A stretch of 64,000 nt of DNA. Origin: Terriglobia bacterium (GTDB lineage Bacteria; Acidobacteriota; Terriglobia; 20CM-2-55-15). Location of the stretch: the NCBI GenBank assembly GCA_965198225.1, contig CBDAOY010000008.1:1120001-1184000 (forward strand), given 5' to 3'. Position 1 is the stretch's first letter. Every line of letters starts with the position of its first letter. Shown here in pieces: positions 19,067-29,029 of the stretch. The notes below the pieces were generated by a model that was not told the DNA's origin, searched no databases, and saw only the letters and a program-made list of their open reading frames with translations. Made by a program: the position numbers and the translations under genes.

Positions 19067-19798
19067 TTGAAGGATTTACCCAAACTTTACGGTGAGCTCG
19101 CCGAGTGGTTTCATCTTCTGACCGCCCCATCCAGCTACATCGAAGAAGCAAATTTCGTCAGGCGAACACTCGAAAAGTTCTGCGCCAACAACCCGCAAAC
19201 CCTGCTGGAACTCGGAAGCGGAGGCGGGAACAACGCATCGCATCTCAAGCAACGGTTTACGATGACGCTCGTCGATCGGTCGCCGGAGATGCTGGCGCTT
19301 AGCCAGGGCCTGAACCCGGAATGCGAACACATACGGGGAGACATGCGCAACGTCCGACTGGACAGGGTGTTCGATGCTGTCTTCATCCACGACGCCATCA
19401 TGTACATCACGACACCAGAGGATCTCCGCAGCGTCATGGAGACCGCGTACGCTCACTGCCGGGAGGGCGGCGCGGTTCACATCCTGCCCGACTGCATTCG
19501 CGAGAGCTTCGAGCCCAAAACCGAACATGGAGGCCATGACGGTGAGGGACGCGGTCTGCGGTACGTCAGTTGGGAACACGAACCGGACGAAGAGGACAGC
19601 ACCTACGTCGTCGATATGGGCTATCTGCTGCGAGAAGGAAACGGAGAGACCAAAGCGATCCACGACCGCCACATCCTTGGGCTCTTCTCCAAGGCGGAAT
19701 GGCTCGAGGTGATGAGCGAAGCAGGGTTTGCTGCCAGGGTGATGGCAGACGACCCGTACGGCCGTGACACTTTCGTCGGTGTCAAGCCGCGGGAGTGA
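19067..19798 (+). CDS. Class I SAM-dependent methyltransferase
   Basis: LLELGSGGG motif I, GDMR, FDAVFIHDAIMY. Confidence 0.9.
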   Translation: MKDLPKLYGELAEWFHLLTAPSSYIEEANFVRRTLEKFCANNPQTLLELGSGGGNNASHLKQRFTMTLVDRSPEMLALSQGLNPECEHIRGDMRNVRLDRVFDAVFIHDAIMYITTPEDLRSVMETAYAHCREGGAVHILPDCIRESFEPKTEHGGHDGEGRGLRYVSWEHEPDEEDSTYVVDMGYLLREGNGETKAIHDRHILGLFSKAEWLEVMSEAGFAARVMADDPYGRDTFVGVKPRE

Positions 19799-19801
19799 TT
19801 C

Positions 19802-20599
19802 ATGGCGCCTGAACTCCGCGATGCCGGCGGACTGAAAGGCGTTCGGGGAGTCCTCCTCGATCTGGACGGTACCGTCTACGAAGATAACGGGCTGGTCCAC
19901 GGGGCCGGCGAAGCCGTCGATTCACTGCGCGACCGGATGCCGGTCCGTTTCGTGACGAACACGACGCGGATGTCTCGGTCGAACCTCGTGGAAAAGATTC
20001 GCGGGATGGGATTGAGTGTCGGGGCCGACGAACTGCTGACGGCGCCACTGGCGGCCACGCGATGGCTTGGCGATCGAGGAATCCACGACATAGCACTGTA
20101 TCTGCCTGGGGCGACCCATGCCGATTTCTCCGATTTCCGCATCGACGCCGAAACGCCCGAGGTCGTCATCGTCGGAGACCTGGGTTCCGGGTGGACATTC
20201 GACGTCATGAATCACATTTTTCGGCAACTGCTCGACGGAGCTGCACTCGTCGCCCTTCAGCGGAATCGTTACTGGAAGAAGGCCGAAGAACTGGTCCTGG
20301 ACGCGGGCCCGTTCGTGGCCGCGCTGGAGTACGCCGCGGGCATCAAAGCCACGATCGTGGGCAAACCGAGCGTTGCCTTCTTCGAAGCTGCGGCCAGTGT
20401 GATGAAGGTTCCCCTGGAGTCGATCCTGATGGTCGGAGACGACATCGAGGCCGACGTCGGGGGGGTTCAAGACTGCGGCGGCCGGGGAGTCCTGGTCAAG
20501 ACCGGTAAGTTTCGCACCGCAGACCTGGAATCGTCCCTCGTCCGGCCCGACGTGGTGATCGACTCGATCGCGGACCTGCCGGGAGTCCTGGCGAGGTAG
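19802..20599 (+). CDS. HAD-superfamily IIA hydrolase (LHPP/TIGR01458-like)
   Basis: DLDGT, VTNTT, GKP, MVGDD, LVKTGK. Confidence 0.9.
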   Translation: MAPELRDAGGLKGVRGVLLDLDGTVYEDNGLVHGAGEAVDSLRDRMPVRFVTNTTRMSRSNLVEKIRGMGLSVGADELLTAPLAATRWLGDRGIHDIALYLPGATHADFSDFRIDAETPEVVIVGDLGSGWTFDVMNHIFRQLLDGAALVALQRNRYWKKAEELVLDAGPFVAALEYAAGIKATIVGKPSVAFFEAAASVMKVPLESILMVGDDIEADVGGVQDCGGRGVLVKTGKFRTADLESSLVRPDVVIDSIADLPGVLAR

Positions 20600-20605
20600 A
20601 AGTCG

Positions 20606-21147
20606 CTAGTGGCCTGTAACAGAGAGAGTGATAGTGGCGTTGCGAGCGCAACGGTACCGGATTTCAGTACCCGGTCCCATAGATAGGGAGCTTAACGTTC
20701 GGAGCGCAACGGCATCGGATTCTAGGAGCGACGAGGGAACGAATGCTCTTTCATTCTGAGTGAGGAGCGACAACGAAGACGATGCCGTTCCGCCCGAACC
20801 CTTCGGGCCGATGGGGGTTGGCGGCGATCTCTTTGTCGCTCGCCGCTCAGGATGAAGGGCCATCACTTCGCGCCTCGCTCCTCGACCTCGCCGCCAAGAC
20901 CCATCGGCGTTACGCTCCCTATCTATGGGACCGGGTACAAGGAGCGCCGCCCGAGGTCATGCTGCTTCATTGCGAGAAGGCGCGACGACGAAGACGGTGC
21001 TGTTCCGCCGCAACCCGAAGGGACGATGGGTCTTGCCAGCCACACAGAGGAGCTAGGAAACCGGCGTTTTTCGTGCTCCAACGACTCGCGAGAGGACCCG
21101 CAAGCCCCATCGGCGACGCTGTCACTATCTCTGTTGCAGGCCACTAG
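20606..21147. mobile_element. 542-bp composite MITE (family A, inverted core) carrying a nested element
   Basis: TIR CTAGTGGCCTGTAACAGAGA / TCTCTGTTGCAGGCCACTAG. The right-end CTAG supplies the TAG stop of the VOC gene. Confidence 0.85.
20664..20941. mobile_element. Nested 278-bp MITE with 25-bp perfect inverted repeats
   Basis: GTACCCGGTCCCATAGATAGGGAGC (20667-20691) / GCTCCCTATCTATGGGACCGGGTAC (20914-20938). Flanked by TCAG/CAAG and encloses a family-A core. Confidence 0.8.
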
Positions 21148-21509
21148 GGCGTGGACAGGACGTACATGTTGCCATCCGGATCTTTGAGGATCGCCGACGT
21201 CCCCCAGTCTTCCTTCTTCAATTCCTGCACGAACTCCACCCCCTTCTCCTTCAGCTGTTCGTACGTCGTGTCGATGTCGTCGGTCAGGAACGACAGGTTG
21301 GTAAACCCTCCGATGCGGTCCTCGTGCCCGTCCGGTGTGAACAGAACCAGACGCGTCTCCGCGCCGGGAATTCGCAGCTCGATCCAGCGTTGTTTTCCGT
21401 CGAACGGTTGGTCGGTAGCCACGGCGAAGCCCAGCTTTTCCGTGAAGAACTTCAGCGACCGGTCCTGATCGGTGACGGGCACACTGGCGAATTTGATGGC
21501 TTTGATCAC
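21144..21509 (-). CDS. VOC/glyoxalase-family protein
   Basis: VPVTDQDRSLKFFTEKLGF...WG....KDPDGN. GTG start with a GAGGAGG RBS. Confidence 0.9.
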   Translation of the reverse strand: MIKAIKFASVPVTDQDRSLKFFTEKLGFAVATDQPFDGKQRWIELRIPGAETRLVLFTPDGHEDRIGGFTNLSFLTDDIDTTYEQLKEKGVEFVQELKKEDWGTSAILKDPDGNMYVLSTP

Positions 21510-21587
21510 GATCCCCTCCTCGTCGTGAGACTCGAGGACTAACTTACGTCGTCGATCTCGTTGACCACAAGTCGCGAAACGCCTACT

Positions 21588-21920
21588 ATGGCAGTGATTG
21601 CCATAGCGAGGCTTCGCCCTTTGGAACAGACCAAACTGGACGGCTACATCCTTGATACGCTGATGCCGGATCTGGTCGGGCACGATCGCCAACCGGCCGC
21701 ATTTCTGGTGTACCTATACCTGTGGCGTAACGTCTCGGGAAAGAGACCGCACCGCCAGCGCAGCCTCCGGGAAATCTCCGAGGGCACCGGCCTGTCAAAA
21801 CGCGCGGTTCAGGAGGCCGTTACCCGGCTTGTCAAACGGCAACTGATCAGCGTCGAGCGGGAATCTACCACCGCGGTACCGAAGTACACGGTGCACCGGC
21901 CCTGGGCCCGGTACGAATGA
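21588..21920 (+). CDS. Small winged-HTH protein
   Basis: SLREISEGTGLSKRAVQEAVTRLVKRQLI helix-turn-helix. Divergent from the VOC gene. Confidence 0.75.
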   Translation: MAVIAIARLRPLEQTKLDGYILDTLMPDLVGHDRQPAAFLVYLYLWRNVSGKRPHRQRSLREISEGTGLSKRAVQEAVTRLVKRQLISVERESTTAVPKYTVHRPWARYE

Positions 21921-21943
21921 CCGAAACGCAAGGGGAGGAGAGC

Positions 21944-22501
21944 ATGAGCGCGAATGAGGAAATCGCCACGCTGGGAGGTGGATGCTTCTGGTGTCTGGAA
22001 GCCGTGTACGAGCAGGTTGAAGGAGTGGCGTCAGTTCAATCGGGCTACACGGGTGGCGCGCGGCCGAACCCGACCTACGAACAGGTATGCTCCGGTGCAA
22101 CCGGCCACGCCGAAGTCGTGCAGGTCAGGTTTGACTCCACGGTAATCACGTTCAGGGAGATCCTTCAGATCTTCTTTGCGATCCACGACCCGACGACGCT
22201 CAACCGTCAAGGGAACGACGTGGGCACGCAGTACCGGTCGGCCATCTTCTATCACTCGGACGAGCAGAAGGCGACTGCGGAGGCAGTGATCGCCGAGATC
22301 GGGGCTGCCGAAGTGTTTGCGAATCCAATCGTCACAGAGGTCGTCCCCCTCGACCAGTACTACCCGGGCGAGCAACACCACCAGGAATACTATCGACGAA
22401 ACTCGAGCCAGCCCTACTGCCAGTTCGTCATTGACCCGAAGGTAGCGAAGTTCCGAAGCCAGTATTTCGATAAGTTGAAGAAGTCGGCCGCTGGCGATTG
22501 A
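21944..22501 (+). CDS. msrA: Peptide-methionine (S)-S-oxide reductase
   Basis: GGGCFWCLE, TGHAEVVQ, HDPT..NRQGND.GTQYRS, HQEYY. Confidence 0.97.
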   Translation: MSANEEIATLGGGCFWCLEAVYEQVEGVASVQSGYTGGARPNPTYEQVCSGATGHAEVVQVRFDSTVITFREILQIFFAIHDPTTLNRQGNDVGTQYRSAIFYHSDEQKATAEAVIAEIGAAEVFANPIVTEVVPLDQYYPGEQHHQEYYRRNSSQPYCQFVIDPKVAKFRSQYFDKLKKSAAGD

Positions 22502-22503
22502 GG

Positions 22504-23220
22504 ATGGATCCCCTATCCCCATACGGCCGAGCCCTTCTCGATTATTTCCAGGGCGACACCGACGCCACGCTCACGGTGCACACCGATCTTGGCGAGCACG
22601 ACGCAATGCCGGTCGCGCTATTTTTCAGAACTCCGGACAACTTCTTTCCTTTCGAGCAAGCCGCCCTCGCACTGTGCCGCGGCGTCGTGCTCGACGTTGG
22701 TGCTGGCGCCGGGGTGCACACGCTGTATCTTCAGGATCAGGGGTTCGACGTTCGAGCCATAGAAGTCGTTCCCGAAGCCATCGAAATCATGAGGAAGCGC
22801 GGTGTCCGAAAACTGATCCAAAGCGATATCTTCGAGATCGAGACCGAACCCGTCGACACGGTGCTCATGATGATGAACGGACCGGGCCCTGCTGGAACTA
22901 TCCGGGGTCTCAAAGAGCTATTGATCAAGCTCCGGACGTTGCTGAAACCCGGCGGACAAATCCTGTTGGATTCAGCATCGCCTCGCCGGCGGAGTTCGCA
23001 GGACGAAGCTCCGGAACTCGAATGGCCCGAACGGATGAGTGACTATCTCGGTGAGGCGTGGGTCCGGCTGGAATACAAGGAGCAAATCGGACCACCATTC
23101 CAGGAGCTGTACGTCGACTACCGCACAATGGTCGACCGGGCCGCACCGGCGGGTCTTGCATGGGACCGCGTCTTCAGCGGAAATGAGGAAAGCTATGTCG
23201 CTCGTCTGGTCCGAAAATAG
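22504..23220 (+). CDS. Class I SAM-dependent methyltransferase
   Basis: VLDVGAGAG, DTVLMMMNG, LKPGGQILLDS. Confidence 0.88.
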   Translation: MDPLSPYGRALLDYFQGDTDATLTVHTDLGEHDAMPVALFFRTPDNFFPFEQAALALCRGVVLDVGAGAGVHTLYLQDQGFDVRAIEVVPEAIEIMRKRGVRKLIQSDIFEIETEPVDTVLMMMNGPGPAGTIRGLKELLIKLRTLLKPGGQILLDSASPRRRSSQDEAPELEWPERMSDYLGEAWVRLEYKEQIGPPFQELYVDYRTMVDRAAPAGLAWDRVFSGNEESYVARLVRK

Positions 23221-23241
23221 GACAGAATCGAGGGCCGCCCT

Positions 23242-23823
23242 CTAATTGAGTCGAAGGATAGACAGGATGCGGACTGGCGGGGTCAGGCGTTGTTCTTCGT
23301 GCGGCGCCACCTGGATCTTCCGGACGACGTTCATCCCCCGAACGACTCTTCCGAAAGCCGCAAAGCCCTGGCCGTCGGGATTCCGATTCCCTCCAAAGTC
23401 GAGCGACGGCTGATAGTTGATGCAGATGAAGAAGTCAGACCGTGCCGTGTCCGGGCCTCCCCGGGCCATCGAGATGGCACCGTCGGTGTGTAGCATGCCC
23501 GTTTCGTTCGTCCGTTCCAAATCGATCGGTGGAAAGAGCTCCTCCGTACGTTCCGGATTGACACCCGCCTGGATTACTTCGATCAGGACCTCGTTGTTCG
23601 GCTGGTTATCCATCGTTACCGTCCGGTGAAACCGGCCGCCCGAGTAGAACCCGCCGTCCACATACTTCAGGAAATTCTCAACGGTCAGCGGGGCCTTCAA
23701 CGGATAGAGTTCCAGGTCGATGTTCCCCATTCCAGTCTCGATTCGGACCTGGACATTGTCCTGTCCCAGAGCCGGCACAGCCAGGACGGCAAGGCAAATT
23801 CCAAGCAGCAACATGCGAGTCAT
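23242..23823 (-). CDS. Secreted cyclophilin-type peptidyl-prolyl isomerase
   Basis: Signal peptide, then KAPLTVENF, FHR, ISMAR, SDFFI, FGRVVRGM. Confidence 0.92.
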   Translation of the reverse strand: MTRMLLLGICLAVLAVPALGQDNVQVRIETGMGNIDLELYPLKAPLTVENFLKYVDGGFYSGGRFHRTVTMDNQPNNEVLIEVIQAGVNPERTEELFPPIDLERTNETGMLHTDGAISMARGGPDTARSDFFICINYQPSLDFGGNRNPDGQGFAAFGRVVRGMNVVRKIQVAPHEEQRLTPPVRILSILRLN

Positions 23824-23946
23824 GACAGTCTCCTCTCGAAAGCCGCACTATACGTCACCGGGGCCGTTCGAGTTATGATCCTGTGTCCAAAAACGGGGAC
23901 ACCGGAGTCTGTCATTCTTTTATCGTTCCTATTTTCAGGGGTTTGA

Positions 23947-24657
23947 ATGTCGTTCAAAGTCGAGTCGAAAATATTCGAGATGTTCCCCGGCCTCCGCCTG
24001 GCCGTGGCCGTCGCGCGCGGCGTGGACAATTCGAACGAACATCCCAACCTGACCGAAGCATGGCACCAGGCATGGAATTCGGCTCCGGCTCAGATCGGCG
24101 GCGGCGATCGTCAGTCCCACTCCCGTATCAAGCCCTGGCGTGACGCCTGGAAACGGATCGGCGTGTCATCGAAGAAATTCCCCTGCTCGATCGAGTCGCT
24201 TGTCAAGCGTGCGTTGAAAGGCGGCCAGCCCTTCTCGATCAACCCGATCGTCGACTTCTACAACACCATCTCACTCCGCCACATCGCGCCGGCCGGGGCG
24301 TTCGACCTGGAGGAAATGAGCGACACCATCGAGCTGCGGCTGACCCGTTTGGAGGATACATTCCAGGCTCTCGATGAGAGTGACCCGGAACCCGTGCCGG
24401 AAGGTGAAACCGCTTACGCCACGGGGTCCGTCGTCCTCACGCGCCACTTCGTATGGAAACAGTCCCAGCAGGCACTGGTCCAGCCCACGACAACAGGTAT
24501 TTTCCTGGTTTCGGAAGTTCTGGGTGAGCTGCCCGACGACGTCGCACCATCGATACGGATGGATTTCGATGAAGGACTGCGAAATTACTTCGGCGTCGGC
24601 TGCGAGAGCTTCGTTCTGGATCGAGACAAGGTCGAAGCTTCATGGTCGACGGCCTGA
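23947..24657 (+). CDS. Stand-alone B3/4-domain protein (PheRS-beta editing-like)
   Basis: W..AW...G...KKFPCSIESLVKR, INPIVDFYNTISL, GAFDL. Confidence 0.85.
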   Translation: MSFKVESKIFEMFPGLRLAVAVARGVDNSNEHPNLTEAWHQAWNSAPAQIGGGDRQSHSRIKPWRDAWKRIGVSSKKFPCSIESLVKRALKGGQPFSINPIVDFYNTISLRHIAPAGAFDLEEMSDTIELRLTRLEDTFQALDESDPEPVPEGETAYATGSVVLTRHFVWKQSQQALVQPTTTGIFLVSEVLGELPDDVAPSIRMDFDEGLRNYFGVGCESFVLDRDKVEASWSTA

Positions 24658-24786
24658 ATCCGACACGGAAGGACACGCTTTTCCGACCCTGATTTCGTAT
24701 AATACGTCCCAATCTCAATCGAAAACCTCCGAACCGGAACCGGTTTTTCGTCCACATTCGTTCCGCGACCTCCGATGGACACTCGC

Positions 24787-27700
24787 ATGCGGGCTACCGA
24801 GCGCACAAGGATTTGGCTCTTCTTCGCGATTGGCGTCTGCTTCCTGCTCAGCCAAGCAGTCATCGTTCTCGCCCAACGTCTTCCGATAACGAGCTACGCT
24901 CGCCGACGGGCTGGCTCATGAGCGCGTCAAGTGCGTTTTTCAGGATTCGAAGGGTTTCATCTGGTTCTGTACGCTGAATGGATTGAGCCGATATGACGGT
25001 TACCGTTTCGCGACCTACGGCACCGAAGACGGGCTCCCGCACGTTTCGATCAACGATTTCCTGGAGACGTCGACCGGCGAATACTGGGTCGCGACCAACG
25101 GCGGGGGCGTTGCCCGATTCGATCCGGAAGCTGCTCTTCCGTCCGAGGGGCCGTTGTTCACCGCGCACTCGGTGGGCGAGGGGACGCCGACGGGATCCGC
25201 GATGGACGACCTCGGGGGAAGGGCCGGTCCGCGACCGAACCGCGTCAATGTGTTGTACGAGGACCAGCGCAGGCGACTCTGGGCCGGTACCGACGACGGC
25301 TTGTTTCGTCTCGACGGGGCGACCGACTCGCCCGGGTTCCAGCGAGTCGATCTGGATTGGCCCCTCCAGCCTGGCCAGTTTCTAAATGTCTGGACTTTGA
25401 TCGAGGGTCCTGACGGCAGTCTGTGGCTCGGCACATCGATCGGGCTGACCCGACGGTTTCCTGACGGTCGTGTGGCGCACTACGACATGAGCCAGGACGG
25501 AGAGGAACGTGCCGTGTGGGCGTTACTGATCGAAAGTGAAAGGCTGTGGATCGGTAATGGGGCAGGGCTAACGATCTTGTATCCCGAAGCGGCCTCGACG
25601 GCCCACTCCGATGCTCGTGTGCCCTGGCGGCGGCTTCTGACCGACAAGTCCACACTGCCCTCAACGCCGGGCGAGGCGCTATGGGTGACACGTGCGGATG
25701 GGTTGGTCGACGAGCATGTCCGGACCATCCATCAAACCTCCGACGGGCGTGTCTGGCTTGGCACTAACGGAGGCGGGTGGATTGGCTTAGGCGGAGGCGG
25801 GCTAACCGAATTCGACGGCGGCGCCTTCAGGAGCTACACGCCCTCGGACGGGCTGACCGACGACATGATCATCGACCTCACGGAGGACCGCGACGGGAAT
25901 CTCTGGGTGGGCACCGCTACCCAAGGGGCAATGAAAATCGCGACACACGGATTCACGGCCTATGACGAAACCGACGGAGTGAGTAACACTCTTGTCGCGT
26001 CGATCTTCGAGGACCGAAACGGCGCTCTATACGCCGTGGGTCCCAGACCTGTCATCAATCGGTTCGATGGACGACGGTTTTCCTCGATTCGGCCGGTACT
26101 GCCTGATGCGCCCACCGCGGCCCTGAACAGATGGTATTACTCCGCGGTTCAAGACCGGGCCGGGGAGTGGTGGGTGGGGACCAGAGAAGGTCTGCACCGC
26201 TTCGCGAAAGCCGACAGGGTCGACCAGATCACCGAGCGGTATCCCAAGGCGATATACACAACCCATGACGGACTGGTCGGCAACCAGATCTCGACCCTCT
26301 ATGAAGACTCACGCGGGGATATCTGGTTTGGGACCGAAGATGAAGACGTCCTCACAAGGTGGGAACGTTCCACCGCGACGTTTCACCAGTACTCGGAACG
26401 GAACGGCTTGCCGGCTTCCGAGCGGCCGAATACGTATTCAGAAGATCGATCGGGTAACCTGTGGATCGGCTTCGATCGTGGCGGACTCGTACGGTACCGC
26501 GCCGGTCGTTTTGTGCAGTTCACGGACATCACCGGTTCCCCGAGGAGTCGGATCAACCAGCTGTATCTGGACCGGTCTGGAGGACTGTGGATAGTGACCG
26601 CTGCTTCCGGCGTGATCCGCATCGTTAATCCAAACGCGGATCACACCAAACTTGTGACCCATACGCCCGCCTGGGGACAGCCCGCTTGCGAAGCGAGGTC
26701 CGTTACAGAAGATCCGTGGAGACGCCTCTATATAGGAACGGCATGTGGCGTGGACAGGATTGATCCCACGACCGGCCGGATCAAACACTACACGACCGCG
26801 GACGGACTCGGCTCGAACGACGTGTTGACGACCTTCCGTGACAGCCGCGCAACTCTGTGGTTCGGTACGCAAGGAGGGATCTCTCGACTCATCCCGATAA
26901 AGGACGAGTTGGTACAACCGGCGCCCATCCTGATCCGCGGCGTTCGCATCTCAGGTCAGCCCTATCCCGTGTCGGAATTAGGAAACGCACTGATCCAAGA
27001 TATCGAGCTCACGCCGAGTCAAAACGAGATTGAAATCGACTACGTCGGCCTGAGCTTCGCCCTGGGCCGCCGGCTGCAGTATGAGTACATGCTCGAGGGC
27101 GCCGACGCGGACTGGAACGAGCCGACCGATCAGAACACGATCATCTACGGCAACCTGTCGCCGGGCCAATACCGCTTCCAGGTGCGCGCACTCGATGCCG
27201 ATGGCCGCAGGAGCCCGGCGCCAGCCGTGATGGCCTTCACGATCCTCCCCCCCATCTGGCAGCGCGGATGGTTCTTCGCCCTTTCAGCGCTACTCCTTTC
27301 CTCGCTGGCCTACACCGCGTACCGTTACCGCCTGGAACGTGTCCTCCAGGTCCAACGCATGCGCCTGCGTATTGCTGCCGACCTCCACGATGACATCGGG
27401 GCAGGCCTGTCACGGGTGGTCCTCCTGAGCGAGGTCTTGAAACGTGAGGCGCCGCTCGATGAGCAGGCGTTCGGCACACTGACAAAGATTGGCGACACCG
27501 GGCGAGAGTTGGTCGATTCCATGGCGGACATCGTATGGGCGATGAACCCGCGACGCGACGACTTGCGAAGCCTGGTTCTGCGTGTGCGACAGTTCGCGTC
27601 CGACTTGCTCGAGAGCAAAGGAATTGAATGGGAGTTTACACCGCCGGAAGAGCTCGAGAATATCAAGATCTCGCCAGATCTGCGACGTCACGTCCTGTCG

Positions 27701-27970
27701 ATTTTCAAAGAGGCGCTCCACAACATCGTGCGTCATTCCGAGTGCAAGTCTGTCTCGTTACAGTTTCTGTTGAATGGTGACTTCCTCGAAGCCGACATTC
27801 GAGATGACGGACGTGGGTTCACCAACGCAGCCGATGACTCAACGTGGAGGCGCACAGGCAGCGGGTTGATCAACATGCAGCAACGTGCGGTGGAACTGCA
27901 CGGGGAGCTGAAGATCGAATCGTCTCCGGGGAGCGGTACGCTGCTAAAACTGAGGGTGCCGGTCGACTAA
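24787..27970 (+). CDS. Sensor histidine kinase 1 (Reg_prop beta-propellers, Y_Y_Y, TM, HisKA_3/HATPase); frameshifted near 24897 as assembled
   Basis: Signal peptide MRATERTRIWLFF..AQRLPITSY is joined to the 24983 ORF if 2 nt are restored (TACG vs TACACG in the paralog). Repeated ED..G.LW.GT, YRFQVRA, RIAADLHDDIG H-box, GSGLINM G2 box. Confidence 0.88.
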
Positions 27971-27989
27971 CTCGCATGTCCATGCGATT
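27970..27989 (+). promoter_or_regulatory. 9-2-9 palindromic box upstream of the response regulator
   Basis: ACTCGCATG-TC-CATGCGATT, with -10-like TAGAGT at 28011. Confidence 0.75.
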
Positions 27990-28046
27990 GTGCCCCAACC
28001 CCGCCCGAGTTAGAGTGGACATCCATTGAAACCGAAAGAGACGCGG

Positions 28047-28697
28047 ATGACGGTGAACGAAACCATTCGAGTGGCAATCGTCGAAGATGAGGAAACCGTC
28101 TGCCACAGCCTCGGGGTGCTCATCGACGGCACTCCCGGTTACACTTGTGTCGGAATGTTTCCTTCAATGGAAGATGCACTCGAGCGAATACAGGATGACG
28201 TCCCGGACGTACTGTTACTGGATATCCATCTTCCCGGAATGTCCGGCACTGAAGGCGCGAAAGTCATACAAGAGCAATATCCGGCTGTTCAAGTACTGAT
28301 TCTCACCGTCTACGACGATGAAGAAAAGGTGTTCGAATCGATCTGCAATGGCGCCAGCGGCTACTTGCTCAAGAAAACACCACCTGCCCGGCTATTGGAG
28401 GCAATCCAGCAAGCCCACGAAGGCGGATCTCCGATGACCCCCGAGATCGCTCGTAAGGTTGTTGATCTTTTCCAGAAGACGGGTCCACCGGAGACCGTGG
28501 ACACGGACCTGACCCCTCAAGAGGTCCGGTTGCTAAGAATGCTGGCTGACGGCTACAGCTACAAAGCCGCGGCCGACCGGCTCAAGATCAGCATCAACAC
28601 GATCCGCGTCTACATCCGCAGCATCTACGAAAAGCTCCACGTCCACTCCAAGTCGGAGGCCGTGAGTAAGGCGATCCGCACACATATCATCGATTAG
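28047..28697 (+). CDS. NarL/LuxR-family response regulator
   Basis: REC domain (IVEDE, LLDIHLPG, GYLLK) plus LuxR HTH (LTPQEVRLL..GYSYK..IYEKLHVHSKSEAV). Confidence 0.95.
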   Translation: MTVNETIRVAIVEDEETVCHSLGVLIDGTPGYTCVGMFPSMEDALERIQDDVPDVLLLDIHLPGMSGTEGAKVIQEQYPAVQVLILTVYDDEEKVFESICNGASGYLLKKTPPARLLEAIQQAHEGGSPMTPEIARKVVDLFQKTGPPETVDTDLTPQEVRLLRMLADGYSYKAAADRLKISINTIRVYIRSIYEKLHVHSKSEAVSKAIRTHIID

Positions 28698-28771
28698 CGC
28701 GCCACACATCTCCGAAGCAGCATTTATCAAAGGGTTTCCGACACCATCTCGGCAATGTGCTGAGACCGGAA

Positions 28772-28791
28772 AGCCGCATGTTCATGCGATT
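28772..28791 (+). promoter_or_regulatory. 9-2-9 palindromic box upstream of kinase 2
   Basis: AGCCGCATG-TT-CATGCGATT, then 19 bp, then CGTAGAAAT. Confidence 0.75.
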
Positions 28792-29029
28792 CTCCACGTG
28801 CTGGCCATGTCGTAGAAATTGGACTGACGTGACATTCACATGAGGCGTGCCACAAAAGCTCAGAATAGGCGATGTCGTTTGCGTGTCCATTACCCTCCCG
28901 TTTTCCGGCTCACGTCAGAACGCACTTGACTCTCCGGAATGACGTCTGTACGCGTATAATCCGTCTAAGTTTCTGTCCTAAGCCGCGCGATCGGAGAAAG
29001 CGGTCAGTCTCCTCGAACCGGTCCCGCGG

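Noticed and set aside
20606-21187. Small ORFs inside the MITEs as transposase remnants or peptides
   Set aside because: No DDE/HUH motifs, and reading frames are not preserved between copies apart from terminal codons imposed by the TIR.
28840-28929. 29-codon ORF (MRRATKAQ...) behind the 28772 box as a fourth peptide
   Set aside because: No RBS, no leader or double-Gly motif, and no similarity to the precursors.
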